Positions 54,763-57,758 of a DNA stretch of 57,758 bases are shown one piece after another. Where the stretch lies: NCBI GenBank assembly GCA_963808625.1, contig CAWEHK010000048.1, positions 1 through 57,758 on the forward strand, read 5' to 3'. Origin of the DNA: an uncultured delta proteobacterium. GTDB taxonomy: Bacteria > Desulfobacterota > Syntrophobacteria > Syntrophobacterales > Syntrophobacteraceae. The first letter of the stretch is position 1. Each line of letters begins with the position of its first letter. The translations under genes were made by a program, and so were the position numbers. The notes beneath the pieces were generated by a model. It saw nothing but the letters and a program-made list of their open reading frames with translations. It was not told the origin of the DNA and searched no databases.

Positions 54763-57400
54763 ATGAAACAGGACCGGGAAGTCAAGCCAAATCCTGATGC
54801 AGGGCGATCCTTCAAGGTGACCTTCGGGACCGACTTTCAGCAGGCATCCGGGACATGGACCGACCAGCGCCAGGTAACCTGGAAGCAACTCGCCACAACC
54901 CTGACAGCCCACAAAGAAGGGCCAAAAGACGGACCCTGTATCGTCCCTGCCATATTCCGGGAGCCGAAAAGACAACAGGCGCATGCGGAAGAAATAGCCT
55001 GCTTATTCTGGATTCTGATTGTGGTCACACCCTGGAAGAGATCGAGGCCCAGGTAAAAAAGCACCTTTATGCCGCCATCATCTATTCAACCCATTCACAC
55101 TTAACATCACTACAACCATCGGCCGCTGGATACCGGAAATTCAACGGAACACCCGAGCAGTATCTCACCAACAAAAAGCAGTATCTGGCCAGAGACGCCA
55201 GTGGTGCGAAAATCATAACAGAAGACGCCGACGAGGTGACGATAGAGACACAATCCATGCCCGAAATATCGGGTTGTTTTGCGTCTGGATCGCCCCTGGA
55301 AAGCATCAGACCACACAGAACAAGAAGCGGCTAACAATGCCTGGAGCCGGCGTTACAAAGCAGCAGCACAATACCTAGGGCTGACCATAGATCCGTCATG
55401 CTCGGACCCAAACAGGCTCTTTTTTTCCGTGGCATAGACGGGGAGAGCCATTCAAAGTCTGGTAATCGAGGGTTCGGATATTTCGATCTGGGATCTTCCG
55501 ATCGACGACGAGAACGCCCAAAACGAAAGAGACTCCAAGGAGACAGCAAAACCAGAAGGGTGAACAGACCGGACGTGATCGGCGCATTTAATCAGCGGTC
55601 GGCATCGAAACGGTCTTGGAGCGCAACGGATACAAAAAACCGGCTCCAAGTACCTCTCCCCATCGTCTTCCAGCAAAAGCCGGGAGTCAGCATTAAAGAT
55701 GGACGTGCCTACTCCCACCATCAAAGCGATCCGCTGTACGGGGGCGACGCAAAACATTCCCACGATGCTTTCGGTGCATTAAGGATCTTGGAGCACAACG
55801 AGCAATAAGCAGCGCAGTCAAAGCCGCGGCGAAAGAGTTGGGTACCCCGCCCAGGAAGAATTACCAAGAAGATGACGACATCAGCAAAACGAGAGACGGG
55901 GGCAATTCTTCCAACTATTGATGAAACATGCACCCCGGTCCGCATCGCCACCGCTGAGACGCCACCTATCCCTGGCAACCTATTGCCAGAATGGGCGGGC
56001 GAGTATGCGTCAGCATTGGCTGACTTTCTCCAAGTTCCATATGAACTGGCGTTCTGCAACGTCCTGGGAGTTGTTTCAGCGGCAGCAAGCAAGAAATTCG
56101 AGATAGTTGTGAAACCTGGGGTACTCTGAGCCCTTGAATCTTTACCAGCAATGTGGATTGCCCAGTAGTGAACGGAAATCAGCGGTTGTTGCCGCATGCT
56201 CACGGCCCATCGAGGAATGGGAACAACAGCAAGCGCGAGACCTTGAACCGCTCATTAAAGATGCCCACTCCGAATGCAGGACTCTTGAAAAAATCATCGA
56301 GGGCAAGCGAAAGAAGGCCACTCAAGCCAAGTCGGATGCTGAGCGGAAAGCACTTATCGAAGCAGATAAAGGAATCCGAGCGCAACCTACCTGCGATTCC
56401 CAAAATACCCCGATTGATTGCCGACGACGTTACGCCGGAACGCGCAGCCGAACTGATGTTTGAGAATAACGAAAAGCTGGCGATCCTATCGGCTCGAGGG
56501 GGGCCTTTTCGAGATTATTGCCGGAAGATACTCGAATGGAGTCCCCAATTTAGACTTGTTCCTGAAAAGTTTTTCGAGAGATCCAGTAAGAGTTGACCGG
56601 AAGCACGGCGTGCCAATCTGCATGAGATCCCCGGAACTGGTTGTCTGTATATCTCCACAGCCAGACGTTATTCAATCGCTTTCCGACAAACCCGGCTTTC
56701 GGGGAAGGGGTTTACTGGGCCATTCCTCTATTATTTTCCCAAAAGCATGGTGGGCTACCGGGAGGTTGACACCTGTGAAGTACCGAACAATGTCTCCGAA
56801 ACCCATCCAAGCAAGCTTCTCTCAATCCTTGAGATACCACCAGCTCAGAACTTGCACGGGGAAAGTGTAGCGTATCAATTAATGCTCAGCGATGAGGCAA
56901 GGGCCGCATGGCTTGAGTTTGCGGCAGCAGTCGAAGTCGATATGCGCGACGATGGCTATTTCACCAATTTCAAGGATTGGGGCTGGGTAGTTTTCCTGCA
57001 AACAGCGCGAATCGCCGGGTTATTTCACATCATTGATATGCTGGAAACAAGATCCCGATGCAAGTCAATGTTTCCAGCATGAAACGAGCAATCGAATGCT
57101 CAAGATTGCTTTCGGGCCATGCTGAAGTGGTGTTTCAACTAATGGGCAGCGATCCCGCCATCGAGGCGGCCAAGCATCTGCTGAACTGGATAGAGCGAGG
57201 GAAACTGGAAACATTCACCGCCAGAGACGCACACCGGGCGGTTATGGGACGCTACCCTAGACGGCAGCAGGATGCTTTAAGGCTGAAAGCGCTCTCATTA
57301 CCGTGGGTATATCTTCCCCATCCTTGATGAGCAGGCGCGAGGGCCAGGAAGACCGGCGAGCGCCAAGTATTTGGTGAACCCAAAAACGCATGAGGCATAG
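54763..57400 (+). CDS. Putative primase fused or linked to a DUF3987 (YfjI-like) helicase (multiple frameshifts)
   Basis: N-terminal LILDSD..IYSTHSH primase-like motifs; PSSERKS, DDVTPE, EGGLF, VRVDR, RGLL, C-terminal GRP..YLVNP. Confidence 0.75.
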
Positions 57401-57445
57401 TACCGTGTGGGCCTGGAAACCAAAAAACAATTCATTTTTGAACTC

Positions 57446-57549
57446 TATGGACAATATTGACAAAATTGACAAAAAGGCTGTTCCAAAGCTTTTGCAGTCT
57501 CAAATGCCTAATTCTGTCAATTCTGTCAATTCTGTCAATTCTGTCCATA
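57446..57549. repeat. Inverted arrays of 9-bp iterons (putative origin)
   Basis: tggacaata-ttgacaaaa-ttgacaaaa (57448-57474) facing ttctgtcaa x3 + ttctgtcca (57512-57547). Confidence 0.75.
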
Positions 57550-57758
57550 AAGGTGAAAAATTAACAATTCATCCCTATCCGAACGAAAACGGCCTGATGA
57601 AATGCGTTTATTGCCACCATTCGCAGACCACCTGCACCCGAGGCCATGAGCCGGAAGGGATCAGTCTTTTGAGGGATTGTCCCGATTTTCTATTCAATCG
57701 GGAACCGTATGATGCCTTCTACGCCATCCAGAAGGTGGTTTTACACTGAAAAGGAGAT

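Larger units (their letters stand above)
51782..57758. mobile_element. Integrative element (satellite/IME-like) at tRNA-Asn, extending beyond the window
   Basis: att fragment, adjacent integrase, xis, primase-helicase and iterons; visibly lower GC. Confidence 0.85.

Noticed and set aside
57390..57749. 119-aa protein with SVN repeats
   Set aside because: The repeats are better explained as DNA iterons; a short C-terminal Cys-containing ORF is possible but unsupported.

Overview
GC-rich bacterial chromosomal window. Gene content (CooC, squalene-hopene cyclase, stand-alone PurH N-domain, DsrE/NifB-NifX/DUF134 cluster, NtrC regulator) suggests an anaerobic Desulfobacterota/Syntrophobacteria-like organism (inference). 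Many genes, including housekeeping ones, carry single-base frameshifts, which points to an unpolished long-read assembly rather than real decay. 1-12.8 kb: a minus-strand type I-B CRISPR-Cas locus with the order cas1-cas2-[AAA ATPase-wHTH-PD-(D/E)XK nuclease]-cas8b-cas7-cas5-cas3-cas6-cas4-leader-array. The array has a 37-bp repeat and is interrupted by a 539-nt poly-G run that is probably artefactual. 13-19 kb: a SEC-C protein and a large SNF2 helicase. 19-51 kb: mostly core genes (pcm, manC, mutY, znuCB, shc, panB/panE, an orphan murG-HEAT/mraY pair, tsaC, purE/purD/purH', cooC, pyrE) interspersed with many REP/MITE/heptamer repeats, plus a DUF134 operon containing a DsrE-family selenoprotein (UxxC plus SECIS hairpin) that the ORF track truncates. 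51.8 kb to the end: one end of an element integrated at tRNA-Asn, carrying a tyrosine integrase, an FseA-like DUF6499-DUF2285 activator, an excisionase, a primase-DUF3987 replicase and inverted iterons. All family assignments come from motif recognition by eye; no searches were run.
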